In this document: positions 51,223 to 60,815 of the stretch, piece after piece
Layout: every line of letters begins with the position of its first letter
Numbering within the stretch: the stretch's first letter is position 1
Assembly: GCA_041484665.1 (NCBI GenBank)
Contig: JBGPIA010000002.1
Coordinates: forward strand, 160,001-224,000
DNA: 64,000 nucleotides
Direction: 5' to 3'
Source of the DNA: Candidatus Krumholzibacteriia bacterium
Lineage (GTDB): Bacteria; Krumholzibacteriota; Krumholzibacteriia; JAJRXK01
The notes under the pieces: model-generated
Told to the model about the DNA's origin: nothing
Databases searched by the model: none
What the model saw: the letters and a program-made list of their open reading frames with translations, nothing else
Made by a program: the position numbers and the translations under genes

Positions 51223-52013
51223 AGCACGCCGACCTCCGCGAGGCGCTCGTGGACGCGGGCCAGCGACCGCGCCCGGCCCGTGCCCTCCTCTACGTCGACC
51301 ACCAGACCGCTGAGCCGCACGTCGCCCTTGGCGACCGTGAAGCGCACCGGCATTCCGGTCAGGAACTTCTGCAGCACGGTATCCCGCTCCATTCCGATCA
51401 CCGATTCGTAGCCACCGGTCATGCCCAAATCGGTGACGAAGGCGGTCCCTGCGGGGAGGATGCGCTCGTCGGCGGTGGGGACGTGGGTGTGGGTGCCCAC
51501 CACGACGCTCACGCGCCCATCAGCGTACCAGCCCATCGCCTGCTTCTCGCTGGTAGCCTCGGCGTGGAAGTCGAGCACGAACAGATCCGCCTCGCCGCGC
51601 AGCTCCTCCAGCAGGCGATCCAGCTCACGGAACGGGCAGTCCAACGGCGCCATGAAGACCCGGCCCTGCAGGCACAGCACGGCCACGCGCACGCCCCCGA
51701 CCCTGCGCACCGCAAACCGGCGGCCGGGCGTGTTGGGGGGGTAATTGGCCGGGCGGACGAGTCGCTCCTCGGCGGCGATGTAGGCCTCCCCCTCCTTGCG
51801 ATCCCAGAGGTGGTTGCCGCCGGTCATGACGTCGACGCCCAGTCCCAGGATTTCGCGCCCGATCTCCGCCGTCAGGCCGAAGCCCGACGCGGCGTTCTCC
51901 ACGTTGGCCACCACCAGGTCGCACCCATAGGTGGCGCGTACGCCGGGCAGCAGCCGCCGCAAGGCTTCGCGCCCCGGCCGCCCGATGAGGTCGCCGATCA
52001 TCAAGACACGCAT
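51219..52013 (-). CDS. ymdB: YmdB/TIGR00282 metallophosphoesterase
   Basis: GDLIGRPGR, ENAASGFG, TGGNH, DFHAEATSEK, GTHTHVPTAD, TDLGMTG. Confidence 0.93.
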   Translation of the reverse strand: MRVLMIGDLIGRPGREALRRLLPGVRATYGCDLVVANVENAASGFGLTAEIGREILGLGVDVMTGGNHLWDRKEGEAYIAAEERLVRPANYPPNTPGRRFAVRRVGGVRVAVLCLQGRVFMAPLDCPFRELDRLLEELRGEADLFVLDFHAEATSEKQAMGWYADGRVSVVVGTHTHVPTADERILPAGTAFVTDLGMTGGYESVIGMERDTVLQKFLTGMPVRFTVAKGDVRLSGLVVDVEEGTGRARSLARVHERLAEVGVL

Positions 52014-52046
52014 GGGATCATCCCGGTGGCGGCGCGCAAGAGGAGA

Positions 52047-52238
52047 AGGAGGGAGCCCCACGCAGGCCGTGTGTGCGGGACTGTTTGAACCTGGTACAGC
52101 TCAAACACGGACACCCTGCCATTGCGTTTGGTCTTTCCTTGATGAGGACTTGACCGTGCACAAGAGACGTCGGGCATCCTAGACTTGGGTGTTGGCTCAA
52201 AAATGCCGGCGCATCACGCACCCGGCAGGGTCCCTCCT
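52047..52238 (-). ncRNA. ssrS: 6S RNA
   Basis: ~190 nt directly downstream of zapA; complementary ends (AGGAGGGACCCUGC / GUGGGGCUCCCUCCU); internal TTTGAGC..AC and GGTTCAAA motifs typical of 6S. Confidence 0.82.
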
Positions 52239-52274
52239 GCAGCCCAATGTAGGTTCTTTCCGCGGCGGCGCACC

Positions 52275-52562
52275 TCACGCCCGCAACTGCTGCTCCAGGG
52301 TCCTCGCTAGCTCCTCGGCGCGGCGCTGCATGGCGTCCAGCCCGGCCTCCTGCGCCTCCCGCTCCTGGAACAGCTCCTGCGCGATGTTGAGCGCCGCCAG
52401 GATCGCAACGCGCAAGCTGCTCACCTGGCTGGAGGTGCTGGCCACCTCCCGCATCCGGGCGTCGACGAACGCGGCAACCTCGCGCACGTATGCCGGATCG
52501 GCGTCGCCGCGCACCGCGTACTGCTGCCCGTAGATGGTCACGGTGGTGGCGTCGGGCTCCAT
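52275..52562 (-). CDS. zapA: Cell division protein ZapA
   Basis: VTIYGQQYAV, VAAFVDARM, VAILAALNIA. Confidence 0.92.
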   Translation of the reverse strand: MEPDATTVTIYGQQYAVRGDADPAYVREVAAFVDARMREVASTSSQVSSLRVAILAALNIAQELFQEREAQEAGLDAMQRRAEELARTLEQQLRA

Positions 52563-52603
52563 GCTCACCTCAGGGCAGCGGCCGCGCGCAGCGGCCGCGG
52601 CCA

Positions 52604-52975
52604 TCAGAAGAGGCCGGCCTGATCCAGCTCGGCGAAGCGCGACAACAGCGTCTCCACGCGGTTCTCGAGGGCGCGCTTGCGGGTCTCGTACTCCTCGCGG
52701 TCGATGCTGCGCCGCCGGACCTCCTCCAGCTCAACCTGGAGCGCGGCGTGGGCCCCTTGCAGTGCACCGTGGTCCCGCTGCAACGCGCGGTGGTCCTCCT
52801 GCAGGCGGCGGTGCTGGTCGGCCATGCGCTCCTGGCCCGATCGGGACACGGACAGCTCCTCCGTGAGGCGGCCTTCCGCCTCGCGCAAGCTGCGGTTCTC
52901 GTCCTTGAGGCGCGTGATGAGCGCGATCGCCTGGTCTACGCGTTGCTCGAGCTTGTCGAAGCTGGTCTCGTTCAT
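52604..52975 (-). CDS. ZapB-like coiled-coil protein
   Basis: FDKLEQRVDQAIALITRLKDEN; all coiled coil; pheT-zapB-zapA synteny. Confidence 0.7.
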   Translation of the reverse strand: MNETSFDKLEQRVDQAIALITRLKDENRSLREAEGRLTEELSVSRSGQERMADQHRRLQEDHRALQRDHGALQGAHAALQVELEEVRRRSIDREEYETRKRALENRVETLLSRFAELDQAGLF

Positions 52976-53037
52976 GGGTCCACCGCGTCCAGCTTAGCGC
53001 CACGGCGGGGCGGCGAGCAAGTGCTGCGCTGCGCGCC

Positions 53038-55458
53038 TCATGCGCGTAGCGTGACGTTGCAGCGCTCCCGCATCTGCGCGAGCGCGTTCTCCATGAGCCC
53101 ATCCACCTTGCGATCCTTGAGCGTGCCCTCGAAGCTGCGCAGCACCAGGCGCACCCCGATCGCGCGTGCGCCGGCCGGCAACCCCTCGCCCGCATAGAGA
53201 TCGAACACGTCGTGGGACTCTAGCAGCGCCCCGAACACCGCCTGCAGGATCTGGGCGATCGCGCCCCAGCTCACCCCCGCCGGCGCCACCAGGCTCAGGT
53301 CGCGGCGCACGGGCGGGAAGGGCGAGAGCGGCGCGCAACGGCGCTCCGCGGGCAGTGCGGCCAGCAGCGCCGCCAGCGAGAGCTCGGCCCATACCACCGG
53401 GCCGTCCAGCTCGAACGCGGCCAGCACCGGCGCGGCGAGCACACCAACCGTGCCCAGCAGCGCCGACTCCGTGCGCACACCCACCCCCTGCCCCACTGCG
53501 TGGAAGGGCTCGGTGGAGTCCCGGTCGCGCCGCGCCCGCACGCCCAGCGACTCCAGCAGCGCGTCGACCTCACCCAGGGCGTCCAGCAGGTCGACGGCAC
53601 GCGCCGGCACGCTGGCGTGGGGGACCTGGGCTGGGCCTTCCCACAGCATCACGAGGTGCTCCGGCTCATCCGGCAAAAGCGACGCCGCGCGCGCCACGAA
53701 GCAGCGATCGAGCTGGAACAGGCGCAGCGGGTCGCCGATCCCGCGGCGGCGGTTGCGCCCCACGACGCGCAGCAGCTCGGGGAGCGACGTCGTGCGCAGG
53801 TGCCCCTCGCCCGTCACCAGCGGATTGAGCACCGTCACCGTGCGTCGTCGCGGATCCGCAGGCGGCAGGCCGAGGCGATCGCAATCGGCGGCCTCCATGA
53901 AGCTGGAGCCGGCGACCTCGCGGTAGCCGCGGGCGGCCACCGTGGCGCGCAGGTGACGCTGCAGCCGCTCGCGCGGCGTCCGCTCCGCCGGACGCAACAG
54001 CGGCGGGCGCTCGTGCACGGGGATGCGGTCGTAACCGTGGTGGCGCGCGATCTCCTCGAGGGCGTCCACCTCCTCGAGCAGGTCCGGACGGAAACTGGGC
54101 TGCACGACCTCGACGCCCGGCTCACCGTTGCGGGCGGCGGGCGACGCCTCGATGGAGAGCCGCGCCAACAGCTCGCTCGCCTGGGCCGGCGCCAGCTCGA
54201 TGCCCAGCAGGCGGCGGATCTGCGACGCGCGCACGAAAAACCGTGCCGGCGCTGGCGGCGGCGCGCCACGGCCCTCGAATGCCTGGGGGGCGGCCGCTCC
54301 GCCGGCCACCTGCACGATGAGCGCCGCCAGGCGGCGGCTGGCCAGCGGGACGCCCTCGAAGTCCACACCGCGCTCGAAGCGGTAGCTGGCGTCGGTGCTC
54401 AGACCCAACTCGCGGCGCATGCGCCGGATGGTACCGGGATGGAAGCAGGCCGCCTCGAGCAGCAGGTCGGTGCTGCCCGCGTCCACCTGCGAGCCGGCTC
54501 CGCCCATCACGCCGGCCAGCGCGACGGCGTGCTGCTCGTCGGCGATGACCAGATGGTGGGACGCGAGCGCGCGCTCGACGCCGTCGAGGGTCGTGATCCG
54601 CTCGCCGCCGCGCGCCTGCCGCACCACGATCCGGCGGCCGTGCAGTCGCGCCAGATCGAAGACGTGGTTGGGGTGCCCTAGCTCGTGCAGCACCAGATTG
54701 CTGGCGTCGACCACCGCGTTGATCGGTCGCTGTCCAATCGCAAGCAACCGCAGGCGCAGCCACAGTGGCGAGGGCCCGACCGTCACGCCGCGCACGATAC
54801 GGCCGAGATAGCGTGGGCAGCCCGTGCGATCCTCCACGGCCACTTCCCAGCCGTCCGCGCTGGCGGCCACCGCGGCGGCCGGGCCGGGATCGGGCGGGCG
54901 CAACGGCCGCTGGTAGAAGGCCGCCAGCTCGCGGGCAACGCCCTGGTGGCTGAGCCAATCGGGACGGTTGGGGGTCACCTCCACCTCGATGCGGGTGTCC
55001 GTGTAACCGAACAGCTCGTCCAGCGCCCGCCCCACCGCGCTCCCCTCGGGCAGCTCCAGAATCCCCTCGTGGGCCGCTCCCAATCCCAGCTCCCGCTCGC
55101 TGCAGATCATCCCGGCGGAATGCTCGCCGCGGATCTTGCTCTTGCGGATCGTCACCCCGCCGGGCAGGACGGCCCCCGGCAGCGCCAGGGCGACTTTCAG
55201 CCCGGCGCGGACGTTGGTTGCGCCGCACACGACCGACACCTCGTCCTCACCCGTCGCGACGCGGCACAGGCGCAGCCGGTCAGCGCCGGGGTGCGGGCGC
55301 GCCTCGAGCACCAGTCCGACGCGCACGCCGGGATAGCTGAGCGCGAACGGCTCGACCGCCTCGACCTCCAGGCCGAGCAGGGTCATGCGGTCGCAGATCT
55401 CCTGGGCGTCCGCCGGGAGGTCGACGAGCTCGCGCAACCAGGCCAACGAGAGCTTCAC
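53038..55458 (-). CDS. pheT: Phenylalanyl-tRNA synthetase beta subunit
   Basis: MKLSLAWL, HPGADRL, VCGATN, GMICS..ELG, TPNRPD, RFERGVD, FPPVRRDLS. Confidence 0.97.
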   Translation of the reverse strand: MKLSLAWLRELVDLPADAQEICDRMTLLGLEVEAVEPFALSYPGVRVGLVLEARPHPGADRLRLCRVATGEDEVSVVCGATNVRAGLKVALALPGAVLPGGVTIRKSKIRGEHSAGMICSERELGLGAAHEGILELPEGSAVGRALDELFGYTDTRIEVEVTPNRPDWLSHQGVARELAAFYQRPLRPPDPGPAAAVAASADGWEVAVEDRTGCPRYLGRIVRGVTVGPSPLWLRLRLLAIGQRPINAVVDASNLVLHELGHPNHVFDLARLHGRRIVVRQARGGERITTLDGVERALASHHLVIADEQHAVALAGVMGGAGSQVDAGSTDLLLEAACFHPGTIRRMRRELGLSTDASYRFERGVDFEGVPLASRRLAALIVQVAGGAAAPQAFEGRGAPPPAPARFFVRASQIRRLLGIELAPAQASELLARLSIEASPAARNGEPGVEVVQPSFRPDLLEEVDALEEIARHHGYDRIPVHERPPLLRPAERTPRERLQRHLRATVAARGYREVAGSSFMEAADCDRLGLPPADPRRRTVTVLNPLVTGEGHLRTTSLPELLRVVGRNRRRGIGDPLRLFQLDRCFVARAASLLPDEPEHLVMLWEGPAQVPHASVPARAVDLLDALGEVDALLESLGVRARRDRDSTEPFHAVGQGVGVRTESALLGTVGVLAAPVLAAFELDGPVVWAELSLAALLAALPAERRCAPLSPFPPVRRDLSLVAPAGVSWGAIAQILQAVFGALLESHDVFDLYAGEGLPAGARAIGVRLVLRSFEGTLKDRKVDGLMENALAQMRERCNVTLRA

Positions 55459-55482
55459 GCAGGCTCCTTCGCGCAGCGGCGG

Positions 55483-56469
55483 TCAGAACTGCGACAGGAA
55501 GCGCAGGTCGTTCTCGTAGAGGAGACGGATGTCCGGGATCCCGTGGCGCACCATGGCGATCCGGTCGATGCCCATGCCGAACGCGAATCCGGTGTAGACG
55601 TCGGGGGCGTAGCCGCAGTTGGCGAACACGTGCGGGTGGACCATGCCGGCACCCATGATCTCCAGCCATCCGCGGCGGTCGCCGCCTTCCCACCAGAGGT
55701 CGACCTCCACGCTGGGCTCGGTGAACGGAAAGAAGTGCGGGCGGAAGCGCAGCGTGCGGTCCGCCCCGAAGAAGGCGCGCACGAAGGCGTGCACGGTGCT
55801 CTTGAGGTCGGCCAGGGAGACGCAGCGGTCCACGCACAGGCCCTCGATCTGGTAGAACTCCGCCGCGTGGCTCGCGTCTTGGTGCTCCTGGCGGTAGACG
55901 CGGCCGGGCACCACCACGGCCAGCGGCGGAGCCTGCTCGCGCATGGTGCGGACCTGCACGGGCGAGGTCTGCGTGCGCAGCACCACCTCGTCGCTGACGT
56001 AGAACGTGTCCTGCAGGTCGCGGCTGGGATGGTCCGGCGGGAAGTTCAGCGCGGCGAAGTTGAGCGCGTCGAGCTCCACGTCGGGGCCGTCGGCGCGGCT
56101 GTAGCCCATGCCGTGGAAGATGTCGCAGATCTCCTCGATCACCTGGGAGAGCAGGTGCATGCTCCCCGGATGCGGGCGCCGTCCCGGCAGGGTGAGATCG
56201 AGTGGCGCATCGAGCGGACGCTCGCCGGCCTGCAGTCCGGCTGTCCGCTGGGCGAGCGCCGCAGCGATCTGATCGCGCGCCGCGTTGAGCGCCTGACCGG
56301 CCGCCGGTCGCTGTGCCTCGGGCAGCTCCCCCAGCGTCCGCAGGAGGCCCGTGAGCTGCCCCTTGCGGCCCAGCCAGCGCACGCGCACGGCTTCGAGTGC
56401 GGTAGGATCGTCGGCCGCCGCCACCTCGGCGAGGGCCAGCTGCAGCATGGCCTGGACGTCCCCTTGCAT
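55483..56469 (-). CDS. pheS: Phenylalanyl-tRNA synthetase alpha subunit
   Basis: HPSRDLQDTFY, LRTQTSPVQ, FPFTEPS, GFAFGMGIDR. Confidence 0.97.
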   Translation of the reverse strand: MQGDVQAMLQLALAEVAAADDPTALEAVRVRWLGRKGQLTGLLRTLGELPEAQRPAAGQALNAARDQIAAALAQRTAGLQAGERPLDAPLDLTLPGRRPHPGSMHLLSQVIEEICDIFHGMGYSRADGPDVELDALNFAALNFPPDHPSRDLQDTFYVSDEVVLRTQTSPVQVRTMREQAPPLAVVVPGRVYRQEHQDASHAAEFYQIEGLCVDRCVSLADLKSTVHAFVRAFFGADRTLRFRPHFFPFTEPSVEVDLWWEGGDRRGWLEIMGAGMVHPHVFANCGYAPDVYTGFAFGMGIDRIAMVRHGIPDIRLLYENDLRFLSQF

Positions 56470-56545
56470 CGCCCACCCCTCGCAGGACCGCGCGTCCGGC
56501 GGGCGGCTCCATGCCGCCGGCTCTGGTTGCGCTGCGGCCCGCCGG

Positions 56546-56899
56546 CTAGCTGCTCCCCTTGGCCAGCTCGGCCAGCTTGGCGAAGCCCGCCTCGTCGCGC
56601 ACGGCGAGGTCGGCGAGGACCTTGCGGTCGATCTCGACCTGGGCGGTCTTCAGGCCGCTGATGAAGGTGCTGTAGTTGAGGCCGTGCAGGCGGGCGGCAG
56701 CGTTGATCCGCGCGATCCAGAGGCGCCGGAAGTCCCGCTTGCGCGCTCGCCGGTCGCGGAACGCGTACTTCAGGGCCCGGTCGACTGCCTCCGACGCCGT
56801 GCGGTTGAGCTTGCTGCGGGCGCCGAAGTACCCCTTGGCCTGCCGCAGGATCTTCTTGCGGCGCGCCCGGCTGGCGGGATTGTTCGTTGCGCGTGACAT
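56546..56899 (-). CDS. rplT: 50S ribosomal protein L20
   Basis: [35 protein letters not shown]. Confidence 0.98.
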   Translation of the reverse strand: MSRATNNPASRARRKKILRQAKGYFGARSKLNRTASEAVDRALKYAFRDRRARKRDFRRLWIARINAAARLHGLNYSTFISGLKTAQVEIDRKVLADLAVRDEAGFAKLAELAKGSS

Positions 56900-56935
56900 G
56901 GGCGGCTCCTCCCCCGGTCTCCAGGTCCATGCGGG

Positions 56936-57133
56936 CTACTTGCCCGAGATCATCCGCTTGACGCGCGGCGCGTCGGCCTTGCTGACCAGCGTGGACTGGC
57001 GCAGGTGGCGCTTCCGCTTGGGCGATTTCGACGTGAAGATGTGGCCGTGGAAGGCCTGGTTGCGCCGCACCTTGCCGGTGCCCGTCTTGCGGAACCGCTT
57101 CATGGCCGAGCGGTTGGATTTCATCTTTGGCAT
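56936..57133 (-). CDS. rpmI: 50S ribosomal protein L35
   Basis: MPKMKSNRSAMKRFRKTGTGK. Confidence 0.98.
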   Translation of the reverse strand: MPKMKSNRSAMKRFRKTGTGKVRRNQAFHGHIFTSKSPKRKRHLRQSTLVSKADAPRVKRMISGK

Positions 57134-57170
57134 GATCGCTTCTCCCGTCGCGGCCCGCGCGGGGCCTTCC

Positions 57171-57695
57171 CTACTTCTTCCGTCGCGGTGAGAGCATCAA
57201 GGTCAGGTTGTTGGCCTCGAGCCTCGGCGTGTCGTCGACCTGAGCGATCTCCTCGAGGTCGTCCAGGAGCCGCTCGACCATGCGCTCGCCGAGCTCGAGG
57301 TGGGTCATCTCCCGGCCGCGGAACGTGATCATCACCTTCACCTTGTCGCCCGCCGAGAGGAACTCCTCGATGTGCTTCTTCTTGAAATTGTAGTCGTGCT
57401 CTTCCGTCTTGGGACGGAACTTGATCATCTTCACCTTCTGGACGTGTTGCCGCGACCGCGCCTTCTTCACCTTCTTGCTCAGCTCGTAGGTGTACCGCCC
57501 GTAGTCCATGACGCGGCAGACGGGTGGCCGTGCGGTGGGGGCGACCTCGACCAGGTCCAGTCCTCGCTCCCGGGCCAGCCGCAGCGCTTCCGGCGTGTCC
57601 AGGATGCCGAGCTGAGTGCCGGTCTCGTCGATGACGCGAACCCGTGCAATGCGAATCTGCTCATTGACCCGTGTCGTCGGGGCCGATCGGGAAAT
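57171..57695 (-). CDS. infC: Translation initiation factor IF-3 (ATT start codon)
   Basis: RVNEQI, LDLVEV, PPVCRVMDY, FRGRE; AAGGAGGT SD at 57702-57709 followed by in-frame ATT at 57695. Confidence 0.95.
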   Translation of the reverse strand: MSRSAPTTRVNEQIRIARVRVIDETGTQLGILDTPEALRLARERGLDLVEVAPTARPPVCRVMDYGRYTYELSKKVKKARSRQHVQKVKMIKFRPKTEEHDYNFKKKHIEEFLSAGDKVKVMITFRGREMTHLELGERMVERLLDDLEEIAQVDDTPRLEANNLTLMLSPRRKK

Positions 57696-57779
57696 GTCGG
57701 TACCTCCTTGGCCGTGGGTGACCCGGCGCCGCCCTCCCGCGCGCCCCGGCAGGGGCCCCGCGATGAGCGCGGCGTGGAA

Positions 57780-57920
57780 ACGAAAAAGAGCAGACACCGC
57801 GGTCTGCTCTCGCCCTCGCGCGCAAGGGAACCGAACCGGGCTGGAAGGCCTGCCCTCATCCCGCGACGACCCGCGGGCGGGGAGCCTCCGCACGGTGAGC
57901 AGCAGACCGCCACTACTTCG
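57780..57920 (-). promoter_or_regulatory. L20 ribosomal leader (attenuator) upstream of infC-rpmI-rplT
   Basis: AAGTAG..GCGGTCTGCTGCTCACC 5' motif; terminator GAGCAGAC-N6-GTCTGCTC-TTTTT; alternative pairing GCGGTCTGCT/AGCAGACCGC. Confidence 0.75.
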
Positions 57921-57979
57921 CCAGTTGTCTTCGCCCGCGCCCCCACCCCAGCGGGGCCGGATGCGCGAGGGTTCGGAAT

Positions 57980-59893
57980 CTACCGTTTGGAGCGGATTTC
58001 GTCAAGCAGATCGGTCACGACCTCCGTCAAGCCGCGGTCGCCGACGTTGCCCTGGCCATGGCGGCGCACCGCCACCTGGCCGCTCGCGGCCTCCCGTTCC
58101 CCCACCACGAGCATGTACGGGATCTTCTCGGCCTCGGCGTCGCGGACCTTGCGACCGACCTTTTCGTCGCGGGCGTCGAGTTGCACCCGGATGCCGGCCT
58201 CGCGCAGCGCGTCCTCCACCCGGCGCGCGTACTCGACGTGGGCCTCGGCCACCGGGAGCACCGCCGCCTGGACCGGCGCCAGCCACAGCGGGAAGTTGCC
58301 CGCGTAGTGCTCCGTGAGCATACCGATGAACCGCTCCAGCGATCCGAAGATCGCCCGGTGGACCATGTAGGCGTGGCGCCTCGACCCGCCGGCATCGACG
58401 AACTGGACGTCGAAGCGCCGGGGCAGATTGAAGTCGAACTGGACCGTGCTGGTCTGCCAGCGGCGCCCGATGGCGTCCACCAGCTTGATGTCGATCTTGG
58501 GCCCGTAGAACACTGCCTCCCCCTCCTTGCGGACGTGGGGGAGCCCTTCCTGGGCCAGCGCCTTGACCAGCGAGGCCTCCGCCTTCTCCCACTCCTCGTC
58601 GGTGCCGGCGTACTTCGCCTTGTCCTTCGGATCGCGCACCGAGAGCTCGACCTCGAAGTGGGAGAAGCCGCAGCTGGTCAGGATGTGGCGCACGAGCTTC
58701 AGCACGCCCACGACCTCGTCTTCGAGCTGCGCCGGCGTGCAGAAGATGTGCGCGTCGTCCTGCGTGAAGCCGCGCACGCGCAGCATGCCGTGCAGGGTGC
58801 CGCTGCGCTCGTAGCGATACACCGTCCCCATCTCGCCGTAGCGCACCGGCAGCTCACGGTAGCTCCACAGCTTGCGCTTGTAGATGAGGATGTGGCCCGG
58901 GCAATTCATGGGCTTGACCACGTACTGCTGCCCATCGATCTCGAAGGTGTACATGTGCTCGCGGTAGAAGCTCATGTGTCCGGAGGTGTGCCACAGCTCG
59001 GCCCGGCTGATGTGCGGCGTGTCCACCAGCTGGTAGCCGCGCTTGAGATGCTCGGCCTTCCAAAAGTCGATGAGCGCGTGGCGCAGCACGGAGCCCTTTG
59101 GGTAGTAGAACGCCAGCCCAGCCCCCGCCTCCTCGCGCATGCCGAAGAGGTCCAATTCGGGGCCCAGCTTGCGGTGGTCGCGCTTGCGGGCCTCCTCTAG
59201 CCGGTGCAGGTACTCCTGCAGGTCCTTGGGCGAGTACCACGACGTCCCGTAGATGCGCTGCAACTGCTGGCGGGTCTCATCGCCGCGCCAGTACGCCCCC
59301 GCTACGCTCAGCAGCTTGAAGGCCCGCAGCTCGCGCGTGCTGGGCACGTGCGGGCCCTCGCAGAGATCGGTGAACTCCCCCATGCGGTAGGCGAACAGCT
59401 GGGCGTCGCCCAGCGACTCGATCTGCTCCACCTTGAAGGGCTGGTCGCCGAAGCGCGCGAGCGCTTCCGTCCGGTTGAGTTTCTCGCGCACGATGGGCAG
59501 GTCACGCCGCGCGAGCTCCTGCATGCGGTCCTCGATGCGCGCCAGGTCCTCCTCGGTGAAGGGCCGGTCCACGTGGATGTCGTAGTAGAAGCCATCCTCC
59601 ACCGGCGGCCCGAAGGCGAAGCGGGCCGACGGGAACAGCTCCTGTACGGCGTAGGCCATGAGGTGCGCGGTGCTGTGGCGCAGCACGTCGAGGGATTCGG
59701 GCGCGTCGCGGGTCACCACCGCGAACGCGGCGTCGGCGACGATGGGCTCGTCGAAGGGCTCGAAGCTGCCGTTGACCTTGGCGGCTACGGCGGCCCTCGC
59801 CAGACCGCTGCCAATGGCGGCGATGGCGTCGCGGACCGTGGTCCCGCGCGGCAACGGCTTGCGCGCGCCGTCGGGCAGGGTGAGCGTGACCAT
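57980..59893 (-). CDS. thrS: Threonyl-tRNA synthetase
   Basis: TGS domain, RHSTAH, DLCEGPH, RDHRKLG, KPMNCPGH, RVRGFTQDDAH, FYGPKID, HRAIFGSLERF. Confidence 0.98.
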   Translation of the reverse strand: MVTLTLPDGARKPLPRGTTVRDAIAAIGSGLARAAVAAKVNGSFEPFDEPIVADAAFAVVTRDAPESLDVLRHSTAHLMAYAVQELFPSARFAFGPPVEDGFYYDIHVDRPFTEEDLARIEDRMQELARRDLPIVREKLNRTEALARFGDQPFKVEQIESLGDAQLFAYRMGEFTDLCEGPHVPSTRELRAFKLLSVAGAYWRGDETRQQLQRIYGTSWYSPKDLQEYLHRLEEARKRDHRKLGPELDLFGMREEAGAGLAFYYPKGSVLRHALIDFWKAEHLKRGYQLVDTPHISRAELWHTSGHMSFYREHMYTFEIDGQQYVVKPMNCPGHILIYKRKLWSYRELPVRYGEMGTVYRYERSGTLHGMLRVRGFTQDDAHIFCTPAQLEDEVVGVLKLVRHILTSCGFSHFEVELSVRDPKDKAKYAGTDEEWEKAEASLVKALAQEGLPHVRKEGEAVFYGPKIDIKLVDAIGRRWQTSTVQFDFNLPRRFDVQFVDAGGSRRHAYMVHRAIFGSLERFIGMLTEHYAGNFPLWLAPVQAAVLPVAEAHVEYARRVEDALREAGIRVQLDARDEKVGRKVRDAEAEKIPYMLVVGEREAASGQVAVRRHGQGNVGDRGLTEVVTDLLDEIRSKR

Positions 59894-59935
59894 CGGCTGG
59901 CCCACGGGACTTCCTCGCACGCTGTGGAGCCGGGG

Positions 59936-60013
<78 letters not shown>

Positions 60014-60051
60014 CGAAGCGCCCTATTGATATCGGATGGCAGGCGCGGGTG

Positions 60052-60471
60052 TCAATCCTGCCCCCCCTGCGCGCCGGCGTCCAGGGGCAGGTGGCGGTGC
60101 TTCCAGATCGGGGCCTGCGCTTTGAGGCCGTCGATCAGGAAGCGCGCCACGTCGAATGCGTCGCCGCGGTGGCGCGTGGCCACACCGATCCACACCGAAG
60201 GCTCCCCCACCGCCACCACACCGGTGCGATGGGCGATGACGGCCTGGAAAGAGGGCCAGCGCGTGTGGGCCTCCACGAGCAGCGCGTGCAGGGCCCGGCG
60301 AGCCATACTCTCGTAGGCCTGGTAGTCGATGCCGCGCAGGGGCAGGTCGCCTTCGGTGCGGCGCACGACGCCGGCAAACGTCACCACGGCACCGACCTCC
60401 TCACCGGCGAGCTCCCGCTGCAGGGTCTGCGGCGCCAGCGGCTGGTTGCTGAAGAGGATCGTGTCGGCCAT
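60052..60471 (-). CDS. moaE: Molybdopterin synthase catalytic subunit
   Basis: GAVVTFAGVVR, YQAYESMA, HRTG...GE.SV, HRGDAF, KAQAPIWK. Confidence 0.92.
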   Translation of the reverse strand: MADTILFSNQPLAPQTLQRELAGEEVGAVVTFAGVVRRTEGDLPLRGIDYQAYESMARRALHALLVEAHTRWPSFQAVIAHRTGVVAVGEPSVWIGVATRHRGDAFDVARFLIDGLKAQAPIWKHRHLPLDAGAQGGQD

Positions 60472-60485
60472 CGGACTGCCTCTGC

Positions 60486-60731
60486 TCAGCCGCCGCTGAA
60501 CGGCGGCATGACCGCCACGGTCTGGCCGGGGCGCACCTGCTCGTGGGGTCCCGCCACCGTTTCGTCGATCGACCACAGCAGCCCCGCCAGCAGCGGCGAG
60601 AGCGCCGGGTGCCGCTGGGCGATCCGTGCGCGCAGCTGCTCGAGGGTGCAGGGCCCGCCCAGGTCGAGCGTCTCCTGCTGCACCCCCGCCAGGTCGGCCG
60701 CGCTGGAGAAATACAGCACCCGCACCGTCAT
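60486..60731 (-). CDS. moaD: Molybdopterin synthase sulfur carrier (MoaD/ThiS family)
   Basis: VRVLYFS, C-terminal VAVMPPFSGG; adjacent to moaE. Confidence 0.9.
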   Translation of the reverse strand: MTVRVLYFSSAADLAGVQQETLDLGGPCTLEQLRARIAQRHPALSPLLAGLLWSIDETVAGPHEQVRPGQTVAVMPPFSGG

Positions 60732-60815
60732 CCTCGTTCTCCCCGCGGGCATGCACCAAGGGCCCGCCGGCGGCGGGCCCTTGCGCACGATCACTGCGTC
60801 GCACCGGGTTGCCGG

